Of a stretch of 64,000 bases of DNA, positions 33,463-42,359 are shown in pieces; position 1 is the stretch's first letter, and each line of letters begins with the position of its first letter. The stretch spans positions 213,707 to 277,706 of the forward strand of contig JACKOP010000001.1 in assembly GCA_024234165.1 (NCBI GenBank), read 5' to 3'. The translations under genes were made by a program, and so were the position numbers. This DNA is from Pseudomonadales bacterium (GTDB lineage Bacteria; Pseudomonadota; Gammaproteobacteria; Pseudomonadales; UBA5518). Below the pieces are notes generated by a model that had not been told where the DNA came from, made no database searches, and was given only the letters and a program-made list of their open reading frames with translations.

Positions 33463-34673
33463 ACGACGCCACTCCAGACATTACCCGCTCGTACTGGCCG
33501 GTCGTGGCCGGCGCGCTGCTCGCGCAGCTGTTCGCGATCGGCTTCTACAGCTATTCGTTCAGTTTCCTGGTATTGCCACTGCAGGAAGGACTTGATGCGA
33601 CCAGGGCGGAGGTGATGTACGCGATGACGGGATCGACCCTGGCGGCCTTCGTGCTTGCGCCCGGCTTCGGTGCGCTCGTCGACCGCCATTCCCCACGCCT
33701 GCTGATGGCGATCGCCACGCTGGTATACGCGAGCGGCATGGCTTTGCTTTCGCAGAGCCCCAGCATCGAGGTGTTCATCGTCGTGTTCGCGCTCACGCTG
33801 GCGGTGGCGAACAACCTGCTCGGGATCCTGTTGATCAATCCGATGCTGGCGCGCTGTTTCACCGCGACGCGCGGACGGGCGCTCGGCATCGCCGCACTGG
33901 GTGGTTCCCTGGGTGGATTTCTGGTTCCACCGGCATTTCTGTACCTGATCGAACACCACGGGTGGCGCGGTGGACTGCAAGGCTACGCACTCGTTCTCGT
34001 GCTGCTACTGCTGCCCGTGCTGTTCCTGACCACGCGCAACGCCCCGCGCCCGGAAGCTGGAACACAGCTCGGGTCTGTCGCAGGGCAGGGCGCTGTGCTG
34101 CGATTCGGTGCGATCCTTGCGCGCCGCGAGTACTGGTTGATCGGGGCCCCGGTGGCTTTGATCTTCTGCACCATTACGGTGGTCCTGGCGAACTTCACTC
34201 CGTACCTGGTCGGCGCCGGATTGACGCAGAGCGATGCGGGGCGCTTGCTGATCGCGGCGCCGGTCGGCAGCATGGTCGGAAAGCTGTTGTTCGGACATGG
34301 TGCCGATCGGCTCGACAAGAAGTCGCTGCTGCAGATTGCGTTGGTACTGATGATCGGTGGCGTGCTGCTGATCATGCTCGCGCCATCGCGCGTTGCCGTG
34401 CTGGTCGCGATGCTCCTGCTCGGTACGGCGAGCGGCGGCACGGGACCGACGTGGGGTGCACTGTTGCCGGAGGTCTTCGGCCTGGCAAGTTATGGCCGCG
34501 TAATGGGTGCCATGTCGCCACTGATCACGCTGACGGTAACCGCCGGCCTGGCGTTTGCAGGAGTCAGCTTCGACGCCACCGGCGGCTACGAGGTGATGCT
34601 GTATGCGTTGACAGGAGCGCTGTGCATCGCAGTCATCACGCTCGGCACACTGGATGTGCGAGATCCGCGGTAA
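33459..34673 (+). CDS. MFS transporter
   Basis: Track ORF of 404 aa with about 12 hydrophobic segments. The TTG start overlaps the upstream stop by 4 nt. Confidence 0.8.
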   Translation: MNDATPDITRSYWPVVAGALLAQLFAIGFYSYSFSFLVLPLQEGLDATRAEVMYAMTGSTLAAFVLAPGFGALVDRHSPRLLMAIATLVYASGMALLSQSPSIEVFIVVFALTLAVANNLLGILLINPMLARCFTATRGRALGIAALGGSLGGFLVPPAFLYLIEHHGWRGGLQGYALVLVLLLLPVLFLTTRNAPRPEAGTQLGSVAGQGAVLRFGAILARREYWLIGAPVALIFCTITVVLANFTPYLVGAGLTQSDAGRLLIAAPVGSMVGKLLFGHGADRLDKKSLLQIALVLMIGGVLLIMLAPSRVAVLVAMLLLGTASGGTGPTWGALLPEVFGLASYGRVMGAMSPLITLTVTAGLAFAGVSFDATGGYEVMLYALTGALCIAVITLGTLDVRDPR

Positions 34674-34710
34674 GGCGCAGTCGAGCGCATCCGAGAAAAA
34701 TCATATTTAA

Positions 34711-34726
34711 CATAATATACATTATG
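34711..34726. promoter_or_regulatory. Inverted repeat CATAAT-N4-ATTATG inside a roughly 45-bp AT-rich island upstream of the CoA-transferase gene
   Basis: The sequence is CATAATATACATTATG, within tcatatttaacataatatacattatgcg. It is a conspicuous AT-rich patch in otherwise GC-rich DNA and may be a promoter or operator. Confidence 0.35.
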
Positions 34727-34894
34727 CGAACCTCGGCAGACCCAAGACTGGACGCATCGATCGAGGCCGATATCATCGATGCTCCGTATTGCTCATTTCC
34801 ATTGCCGGTGGTTGTGCACTGCTGGAAGAATGGCGTGGCACCGATGGCGGCAGCGGCAAGAGCCTGATCCGACATCGGTCCAGTCGCAGAGAGG

Positions 34895-37408
34895 ATGCGC
34901 ATGATCCAGCAAGCACCAGATGAGCACGCAACGACCGGAGTCTTGAAGGACATCCGCGTACTGGACCTTTCCTGGGGCATCGCCGGGCCGATGGCCGGCA
35001 TGATCCTTGCCGATCATGGTGCCGAAGTGATCAAGGTCGAACCTCCGGGTGGTGACCCGTTCCGCACGCAGTTGGGTTACAAGGCTTGGCAGCGAGGCAA
35101 GCGCAGTGGCGTTCTCGATCTCAAGCGTGAGGCCGACAAGGACGTACTGCTGTCTCTGGTGCGCGGCGCGGATGTACTGATCGAGAGCTTCAGTCCCGGA
35201 ACCGCCACGCGGCTGGGGATCGATTACGACTCGCTGCAGCGAATCAATCCGCGCCTGGTCTACGGGTCAATTACCGGCTACGGACGCGGCAACCCGCATT
35301 CGGACCGGCCGGGCTACGACTCCCTTGTCGCTGCGCGTACGGGTTTGCAGTGGGAATTGCGTGGCTGGCCTGAAGGTCCCGTCCGCCACATGAATGCTTT
35401 GCCCGATCTCCATCCCGAGCTCGATGTGCCACCCGGATCGGTACAAGGTCCAGAACGAGCCGGTCCGCTTTTTTCGGCGTCGAGCTGGCCCAGTCTGGGT
35501 GCATTTTTCGCGTTGGCACTGGGCATCAGCGCCGCACTGCGCGCGCGCGAAGTCACCGGGCGTGGACAATGGGTAGAGACATCCCTGCTGCAGGGTGCAT
35601 TGTGTGCCGGATCGTATGTGTGGCAGCGAGCCGAACACACCGACGTCACCGGTTTCGATTCGTGGGTATTCGGCAGCAAGGCGCCCAAGGGCCACTTCCG
35701 GTGCAAGGATGGTCGCTGGATCCACAACTGGGTACCCAACCCGCGCTTCATTCTTGCTGCCGGTGCAGGAGCCGCACTGGAAGCCACGCCGGAGCTTCGC
35801 ATCCAGAACGATCCGGATCGAATCGGAACCGAGGTCCGGGAGCTGGTCGCGTTGAGCTACTACCAACCCGCCCTGGCTGCCACTGTCGCAAAGTTCGATT
35901 CTACGCAGTGGGTTAAGGCAGCGGTCATCAGCGATATCACGCTGCAGGCTGTCAGGCCGCCCGAAGAAGCACTGGTCGATACGGAGTTTCTTCGTGATGG
36001 CTGTGTCGTCGAACTCGACGATCCCGAGCTCGGCGCGACTCGCCAGGTGGGAATCTGCCATCGCCTGCACGCCTGCCCCACATCGATCCAACACGCTGCG
36101 CCTTCGGTTGGCGAGCATACGGACGAGTTGCGAAGAGCCGCGCTTCATGCACCCCTTCCCTTCACGCCGGATCGCAGGCAACACAAGGCCCTCGCAGCGC
36201 CGCTGCAAGGCATAAGGGTGCTCGATCTGGGTGCTGCTATCGCGGGTCCCTTCGGTACGCAACTGCTTGCCGATCTGGGTGCCGAAGTCATCAAGATCAA
36301 CAACCTGTTCGACCAGGCCTGGCACCGCGTGCATATCGCATACATCGCCAATCGGGGTAAACGAAGCATTGCACTGAACATCAAGACTCGCGACGGGATG
36401 AAAGCCTTTCTCGATCTGGTGAAGAGCGCCGACGTGGTGCATCACAACATGCGTTACGACGCTGCCAGGAGGCTTGGCATCGATTACGACTCGTTGCGAG
36501 AGATCAACCCTCGGCTGATCTACTGCCACCTCCGCGGCTACGAAGACGGACCACGCCGCGCGCACCCGGGAAACGACCAGACGGGAGCCTGTCTGGCTGG
36601 AGTGCAGTATGAGGACGGCGGAATGCACGACGGGGGCAAGCCGTTCTGGAGCAACACGTCGATGGGTGACACCGGCGCCGGCTTCCTGTCGGCCATTGCG
36701 GTAGTACAGGCGATCTACCATCGTGATCGGACCGGCGAGGGACAGTTCGTCGATACGTCGATAGTGAACGCATGCCTGCTGAACACTTCCTACGCCCTCG
36801 CCCGCCCTGATGGCTCGTCCTTCGATCGACCCAGACTCGATCACATGCAGTACGGCTTTTCCGCTGGCCAGCGCCTGTACCAGACGCTGGACGGATGGCT
36901 GAGCGTGCTGTTGCTCAGCGATGCACACTGGAATGCCATGTATCGGATACTCGGCATCACCGTCGGCATGAATGCCGACCTACATGGGTCGGAGGCAAAG
37001 TACGCGGACGCTGCAGTGCAGCACCGCAACGACAGCGAACTGGCACGGCTGTTCGCGGAACGATTCAGGACGGACAGTGCGGCAGAATGGTTCCGGAAGC
37101 TGGATGCCGCCAGCGTGCCGGTCGAGATCTGCGACGCAACCTTCGCCACATCGATGCACCGCGATCCGGGATTCCACGACCGGAGATGGATCGTGTCCTT
37201 CGATCATCCGCAGGTCGGACGGCTGGAGCAGATGGGCAGCTTTGCGAACCTTTCGGATACACCCCTGGTGTTCCGCCGCAGGCCACCGATAGTCGGCGAA
37301 CACAGCGAAGAGATACTGCGTGAGCTTGGATACCGCGATGATGAGATCGCTCGGATGAAACGTGAGTCGGCGATCGGTACGGCTGCAGACGGCAGCCTGT
37401 CGAGCTGA
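34895..37408 (+). CDS. Tandem-duplicated family III CoA-transferase (two CaiB/BaiF modules in one 837-aa polypeptide)
   Basis: Track ORF. Module 1 reads IRVLDLSWGIAGPMAGMILADHGAEVIKVEPPGGDPFR...ITGYGRGNPHSDRPGYDSLVAARTG. Module 2, from about nt 36203, reads IRVLDLGAAIAGPFGTQLLADLGAEVIKINN...LRGYEDGPRRAHPGNDQTGACLAG. Confidence 0.85.
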   Translation: MRMIQQAPDEHATTGVLKDIRVLDLSWGIAGPMAGMILADHGAEVIKVEPPGGDPFRTQLGYKAWQRGKRSGVLDLKREADKDVLLSLVRGADVLIESFSPGTATRLGIDYDSLQRINPRLVYGSITGYGRGNPHSDRPGYDSLVAARTGLQWELRGWPEGPVRHMNALPDLHPELDVPPGSVQGPERAGPLFSASSWPSLGAFFALALGISAALRAREVTGRGQWVETSLLQGALCAGSYVWQRAEHTDVTGFDSWVFGSKAPKGHFRCKDGRWIHNWVPNPRFILAAGAGAALEATPELRIQNDPDRIGTEVRELVALSYYQPALAATVAKFDSTQWVKAAVISDITLQAVRPPEEALVDTEFLRDGCVVELDDPELGATRQVGICHRLHACPTSIQHAAPSVGEHTDELRRAALHAPLPFTPDRRQHKALAAPLQGIRVLDLGAAIAGPFGTQLLADLGAEVIKINNLFDQAWHRVHIAYIANRGKRSIALNIKTRDGMKAFLDLVKSADVVHHNMRYDAARRLGIDYDSLREINPRLIYCHLRGYEDGPRRAHPGNDQTGACLAGVQYEDGGMHDGGKPFWSNTSMGDTGAGFLSAIAVVQAIYHRDRTGEGQFVDTSIVNACLLNTSYALARPDGSSFDRPRLDHMQYGFSAGQRLYQTLDGWLSVLLLSDAHWNAMYRILGITVGMNADLHGSEAKYADAAVQHRNDSELARLFAERFRTDSAAEWFRKLDAASVPVEICDATFATSMHRDPGFHDRRWIVSFDHPQVGRLEQMGSFANLSDTPLVFRRRPPIVGEHSEEILRELGYRDDEIARMKRESAIGTAADGSLSS

Positions 37409-37424
37409 GGTTTGCGGCTTTCAG

Positions 37425-39704
37425 TCAGTGCGCTGAACCACGGAGCCGGAACACGAACAGCGAGTTGCCTGAACCGCTCGGCAACGGAATTTCCGGGAAC
37501 AGCGCCGCACCACTTCCCGCCTGTGCACTGTAGCCGGTCGGCACGGCGAGGTACTGCACGCCGTCGATCTGATAGGCCATCGGATAGCCACCGATCGGTG
37601 CATTGAGCCGAACCTTCCACAGCACCTCGCCCGTATCCTGGTCCAGCGCCATGAAGTAACGCCCGGCATCACCACCGAACAGCAGACCGCCACCGGTAGC
37701 GAGCAGCGAACTGCTCAGGATCGCCCGTTGTGAGTGGCGCCAGTTGCGCTCGCCGGTTGCAACGTCGATCGCATCGATGACACCCGCCTCGGTAATTCCC
37801 GGTGGCAGCACGCGCGGACCTGCCGTGACCGAACCCACGACATTGCCGGCGGTGAACTCTGCGCGCACCGGCGTCAAGGTATTACACGATTGTGCGACCG
37901 GAACGTACAGCGTGCCGGTCAACGGGCTGTACGCCGCAGCCTGCCACGACTTGCCGCCCCACAGCGACGGGCAGACGAATTTTTCCTCGCCGAGTGCCGT
38001 AGCGATCAGGCCTTCGTTGGTCTTCACCCTGCCCTTCGCATCGATACCGGTCACGACATTCTGGAAGATCGTTTCCCGGGACCAGACGAATGCGCCCGTA
38101 TCGCGATCGAGCGCGAAAACGATGCCGTTCTTGCCCGCTGCGGTGACCAGGAGGCGGCGCGGCTTTCCGTCGACCGTCGCATCGATCGGCATGCGCTCGA
38201 ACGGGCTGTCCATGTCCCAGTTGTCGCGCGGCAGGTGCTGGTAATGCCAGCGGCGCTTGCCCGTATCCGCATCCAGCGCCAGGGTGCTGTTGGTGTACAG
38301 CAGACTTCCCTTGCCGGAGCCGCGCAGCAGTTCCGGGTATGGGCCCGGCTGGCCGGTACCCCAGAAGGTGGTGTTCGTGCGCGGATCGTAGGAACCGGTT
38401 GCCCACGCCGTGCCGCCCCAGCGGTTAGCCGCTGGCACGCCACCCCAGGAACGCTGCTGCTCGGGGTTCTGCGGATCATCGATGATGTTGAAGCGCCACA
38501 GTTCACGACCGCTTTCGAAGTCATGCGCCATGATGTAACACCCACCGGCGGTGGAAGAGATCGAACACCCTCCCACTCCGGAGAGGATCTTGCCGTTCAC
38601 GACGAGCGGGCCAACCGTATACACGTAGCCACGCGTGTGATCCAGCACGCGCGTTTCCCGCACCACGCGTCCGCTGAGTGCATCGAGCACGACCAGCCGG
38701 GCGTCCGCGGTCGCGAGCACGAGCTTGTCCTGGTAGAGCGCAATCGATCCCTTCTGTCGTCGCGCCTGGTAACGCTGGTATCCCCAGGACGGTGGAAGCT
38801 CGGCCAGCGCCGGGCGGAACTCCCAGATCAGATCGCCCGACGCGGCGTCGAGCGCCTGCACCACGTCGTCGGTAGTCGCAATGAACATGATTCCGTCGTG
38901 GACCAGCGGTGCCGTCTGCTGCTGCCCTCCTTCGGCCATCGGCCATGCCCAGGCAAGCTCGAGGTCGGCAACATTGTTCCGGTCGATCTGCGCGAGCGGA
39001 CTGTAGCCGTAGACGCTCAGGGTACCGCGGGACATCAGCCATTCGCCGGGCGGTGGATCGAGCAGCATGGCGTCGCTGACCGGTTCATAGTGACGATCGG
39101 GGTGCACCACGGCATGACCCGCCGCCGAGTCGATGCGGTCCGGAATCGCGATCGTGACTTTTGCGGCCTCTACCGCCGCCTTGTCGTGTACGGAATGGTG
39201 CAACGGCAATTCGCTGCCCCAGGTGAATGCCTGCGGGACGGCGGTGTCATCCTGACTTGCGATATCGGCGTTCTTGTTTTCCGCGTCCGGCTCCACTGGC
39301 AACAGACTTCCCAGATCGATGGATGCCAGATCGTTACGGCCAAGCTCATGGTCGCCGGTACGGGCTCCGTTCACGCTGAGTATGTAGGCCGTGATATCGA
39401 GGTAGTGCTGCTGTTCCAAGCGTCCCGGTGCGAATGGCGGCATGCTTCTGGACAGATAGTCGTGAAGACGATCGGCCGAGCCGAACTTTTGCGCAAACGC
39501 CCGACCCGCGAGTGCCGGGGCGTCGCGCCCCTGCAGCGTGGCACCGTGGCACATCGCACACTTCTCGCCGTAAAGCGCCAGTCCTCGCCGTGCCTGTGCC
39601 ACACTGAGCACGCCCGCCGTTGCCGGTTCCACACAGATCCCGGGTGACGCGAACGCCGCGATCAGCGTGCCCACCGCGAGGCGAACGAGGGGCAGTACCC
39701 GCAT
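37425..39704 (-). CDS. PQQ-dependent dehydrogenase (methanol/ethanol family beta-propeller) with N-terminal cytochrome c domain
   Basis: The real start is ATG 39704 (MRVLPLVRLAVGTLIAAFASPG, a signal peptide). The heme motif is CAMCHG. Propeller strings are LAWAWPMAEGGQQQTAPLVHDGIMFIATTDDVVQALDAASGDLIWEF, GGTAWATGSYDPRTNTTFWGTGQPGPY and LALDADTGKRRWHYQHLPRDNWDMD. Confidence 0.82.
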   Translation of the reverse strand: MRVLPLVRLAVGTLIAAFASPGICVEPATAGVLSVAQARRGLALYGEKCAMCHGATLQGRDAPALAGRAFAQKFGSADRLHDYLSRSMPPFAPGRLEQQHYLDITAYILSVNGARTGDHELGRNDLASIDLGSLLPVEPDAENKNADIASQDDTAVPQAFTWGSELPLHHSVHDKAAVEAAKVTIAIPDRIDSAAGHAVVHPDRHYEPVSDAMLLDPPPGEWLMSRGTLSVYGYSPLAQIDRNNVADLELAWAWPMAEGGQQQTAPLVHDGIMFIATTDDVVQALDAASGDLIWEFRPALAELPPSWGYQRYQARRQKGSIALYQDKLVLATADARLVVLDALSGRVVRETRVLDHTRGYVYTVGPLVVNGKILSGVGGCSISSTAGGCYIMAHDFESGRELWRFNIIDDPQNPEQQRSWGGVPAANRWGGTAWATGSYDPRTNTTFWGTGQPGPYPELLRGSGKGSLLYTNSTLALDADTGKRRWHYQHLPRDNWDMDSPFERMPIDATVDGKPRRLLVTAAGKNGIVFALDRDTGAFVWSRETIFQNVVTGIDAKGRVKTNEGLIATALGEEKFVCPSLWGGKSWQAAAYSPLTGTLYVPVAQSCNTLTPVRAEFTAGNVVGSVTAGPRVLPPGITEAGVIDAIDVATGERNWRHSQRAILSSSLLATGGGLLFGGDAGRYFMALDQDTGEVLWKVRLNAPIGGYPMAYQIDGVQYLAVPTGYSAQAGSGAALFPEIPLPSGSGNSLFVFRLRGSAH

Positions 39705-39715
39705 CACGCGTGGTT

Positions 39716-40156
39716 TCACTGCGCCTTGCGTACCGTATGCAGGTAATTCACGAGATGCCAGGTATCGGTCTCGCTGATCGTGTCGCCCCAGGCAGGCATC
39801 GCAAGACTCGGCTCGATGCCGTTCTGTATCACGTCGAAAACGTCGCCGTCGGCGGTGCCATAGCGATACTGCGGCAACGTCAGATTTGCCGGACGCTTGC
39901 CGTAGTCGCCAACACCGCGACCGTGGCCGTCGGCCTTCTCGCCATGGCATGCCGCGCACATGGCCAGATAGATCCCGTGTCCAGCCGCCACTGACGCTTC
40001 AGTCGCTGGCACGGGATTCTTCATGGCGGCACCCTCGGGTGTTCCCCCGAGTGGCGTGCCCTGTGCACCGGCCGGTTCGATACCGGCGAATGCCAACAGC
40101 ACGGCAAGAGCCGTCGCGGCAATCAGCGCATTGCGTTCAGTGGTCGGTGTGCCCAT
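39716..40156 (-). CDS. Small periplasmic c-type cytochrome (146 aa)
   Basis: The real start is ATG 40156 (MGTPTTERNALIAATALAVLLAFAG). The heme motif is CAACHG, with a distal Met context in SLAMPAWG. Confidence 0.82.
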   Translation of the reverse strand: MGTPTTERNALIAATALAVLLAFAGIEPAGAQGTPLGGTPEGAAMKNPVPATEASVAAGHGIYLAMCAACHGEKADGHGRGVGDYGKRPANLTLPQYRYGTADGDVFDVIQNGIEPSLAMPAWGDTISETDTWHLVNYLHTVRKAQ

Positions 40157-40197
40157 CACGTCTACCCTCCTCCCTACCGATACAAGGCTCTGATCCC

Positions 40198-42357
40198 TCA
40201 CTTCGCAAGCGGATTCGGACGCAACTGGAACTTCACTATGCGCGAGTTTGTGTCCGGCCCTTCGATGTGTGTCGTGGCCAGTGTGCCGTAGTTCGCCCAC
40301 AGCGCACGTCCCTTCCAGCCGGTGCGTGGATCGTCGATTCGGCCATCGAGTCCGCGCGCATAGAAGCCGAGCGGATACGGTACGCGCAGCGTCACGAAGC
40401 TCTTGCTTTCGGGCTGGAATACCAACAGCGAGTCCGAGGTGCTTCCCGGCATGATCGGCAGGTCCTTGCCGATGCCAAGCACCTCGTGCTGGTCGACCCA
40501 AGTCAGATAGTGCCAGTCGGCACTGCCCGTCGTGACGCCCTTGAAGCGCGGGCCAGGGGTATCGAAGAAGCTCCAGCCTTCCTGACAATGCTGCCCGGTG
40601 GCGTCGGGCCCGCTCGGGGCCTTGCACTGACGACGATCGAAACGCCCCAACCGACCGCTGCCGAGCGCAACCCACGCCACACCATCGCTGTCGAGATCGA
40701 CGCCGCGCGGATTGAACGCCACCGCCTTGCCGTCTTTCACCGGGATCTCGTAGTACTCGATGCGACAGGTTTCGGGCGGATTGTCGCCACGCACGAAGCG
40801 CATCAGGCCTCCCGGCACGCCTGGCATCCAGTCGTTGATGAAGTACGTATAGCGCGCGTACCAGACGCTGTCATCGAGCGGGCTCACGCCCATGCCGTAA
40901 AGGAAACCGGCGAGGCGCTTGTCCTTCTTGGGATCGTCTGGCTCACCCGGGTTCGTCCACGCGCCGATGCGCCCGTCACCGTTCGTGTCCAGGACCATCG
41001 GGCACCAGCCCGTCGAGGCCTCTGCACTGCCGGTACGATCGAACGTACGCGTATCCACCCAGCCGATCGCCTGCGTATCGCCGCTCAGATAAAGCGTGCG
41101 TCCTGCGTCGTGGCCAAACTGCAGATGGTGCGTCCCGAAGCAGGTATCGATGAGGTCGAAGCGCCCGGTTTCCGGGTTGTAGACCGATACCTGGCGAAGA
41201 CTTCCATTCGGCGCAGCGAGCGGGAAGAACTTCGCATAACGGTTCGACGGATCGGTACAGAACGAAGGACTTTTTTCCGGATCGCGAATCGCGGAGGTGA
41301 TCCACACCCGTCCCGTCTCGTCGAACATGGGGTTGTGCGGAGTCGAACTGACGGCCGGATCCTGCGTCGGTACCGGCACTTCGGCTACGGTGTTCGTTTT
41401 TGGATCCACCCATACCAGCTTGTGACCGTTGTCCCCACGCGTCGATACGCCGTAGACCCGACCTCCTGCGTTGAGCGTCGGTTGCCGCTTGTCGGTGCTG
41501 ATCTCATCATGGATCATCGCTCCGCCTGCCCAGTCCCACAGCGTGAGCACGAGGTTGCGCTCCAGTCCTGCCGGACGCGGCGGCGCTGCAGCGGGCACCT
41601 CACCCGCAGCGATGCGATCCGTCCAGTTGGCAAACTCCTTGATGCCCCGACGCCCGAACTGACCCATCAGGCTGCTCATGTACGGTCCATTGGGCCCCTT
41701 GGTGATGCGATGCGCCCAGGCAGCGGTCGAAGAGTCGAACTTGCCGAGGTCAGCCGGGATCTCGCGAGTCGCCTTGCTGCCGAGCTGATGGCAGAACGAG
41801 CACATTTCCTTGACCTGGTAGATCCAGTGACCTTGCGTCAGCATGGCGGCGGAGATGCCATTGCCACGGTTGCCCGTACCAGGAAATTCGCTTTCCGCCG
41901 GAATATGCAGCAACGACAGCCAGTAATTGGCCGGGTAGTACTGAGCGGCAGCTCGTGGATCGGGTGCTACAACTGCCTGTAGATCGAGGTTCTTGCCGGG
42001 TACTGCGTTCACCGGCTGGGAATCGACCAGGCCGTAGCCGCGCACCCACACGCGATAGCTGGCCTTGGGCAGATCCGGTATCAGATAACGGCCCTTGTCA
42101 TCGGTCACCACGATCTTTGCGAACCGCGTCGGCAGATCGCGTGTCTCGGCGATCACCCACACGCCCGCTTCCAGACCCTGCGGACTGCGCACGACGCCGC
42201 CGATATCGTCCCTGTCGATCGCAACGCGTGCGTACGCCGTCGTCGCCGAAAACACCGTCGACGACAGCAGGAGCGTGAGTGCCAGACGCACACACCCCGA
42301 CCATGCAGCCGCGGCTGTGGAGAACGGAAACTTATTTTTCATTGTCGTGCACCTCAT
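40198..42357 (-). CDS. Secreted CarboxypepD_reg-like domain protein with a single CxxCH heme motif and a propeller-like C-terminal region
   Basis: Track ORF of 719 aa; ATG 42342 is an alternative start. The N-terminal domain reads IGGVVRSPQGLEAGVWVIAETRDLPTRFAKIVVTDDKGRYLIPDLPKASYRVWVRGYG. The heme motif is CSFCHQLG. Repeated D-x-x-G-x-V-W-type blades follow (DETGRVWITS, DSDGVAWVAL). Confidence 0.7.
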   Translation of the reverse strand: MRCTTMKNKFPFSTAAAAWSGCVRLALTLLLSSTVFSATTAYARVAIDRDDIGGVVRSPQGLEAGVWVIAETRDLPTRFAKIVVTDDKGRYLIPDLPKASYRVWVRGYGLVDSQPVNAVPGKNLDLQAVVAPDPRAAAQYYPANYWLSLLHIPAESEFPGTGNRGNGISAAMLTQGHWIYQVKEMCSFCHQLGSKATREIPADLGKFDSSTAAWAHRITKGPNGPYMSSLMGQFGRRGIKEFANWTDRIAAGEVPAAAPPRPAGLERNLVLTLWDWAGGAMIHDEISTDKRQPTLNAGGRVYGVSTRGDNGHKLVWVDPKTNTVAEVPVPTQDPAVSSTPHNPMFDETGRVWITSAIRDPEKSPSFCTDPSNRYAKFFPLAAPNGSLRQVSVYNPETGRFDLIDTCFGTHHLQFGHDAGRTLYLSGDTQAIGWVDTRTFDRTGSAEASTGWCPMVLDTNGDGRIGAWTNPGEPDDPKKDKRLAGFLYGMGVSPLDDSVWYARYTYFINDWMPGVPGGLMRFVRGDNPPETCRIEYYEIPVKDGKAVAFNPRGVDLDSDGVAWVALGSGRLGRFDRRQCKAPSGPDATGQHCQEGWSFFDTPGPRFKGVTTGSADWHYLTWVDQHEVLGIGKDLPIMPGSTSDSLLVFQPESKSFVTLRVPYPLGFYARGLDGRIDDPRTGWKGRALWANYGTLATTHIEGPDTNSRIVKFQLRPNPLAK

Positions 42358-42359
42358 CC

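Noticed and set aside
34724-34867. The 47-codon ORF as a PqqA or RiPP precursor for the nearby PQQ enzyme
   Set aside because: It lacks the conserved E-x3-Y PqqA motif and is too long. It is separated from the PQQ dehydrogenase by an unrelated gene on the opposite strand, and no pqqB-E or maturase genes are nearby.
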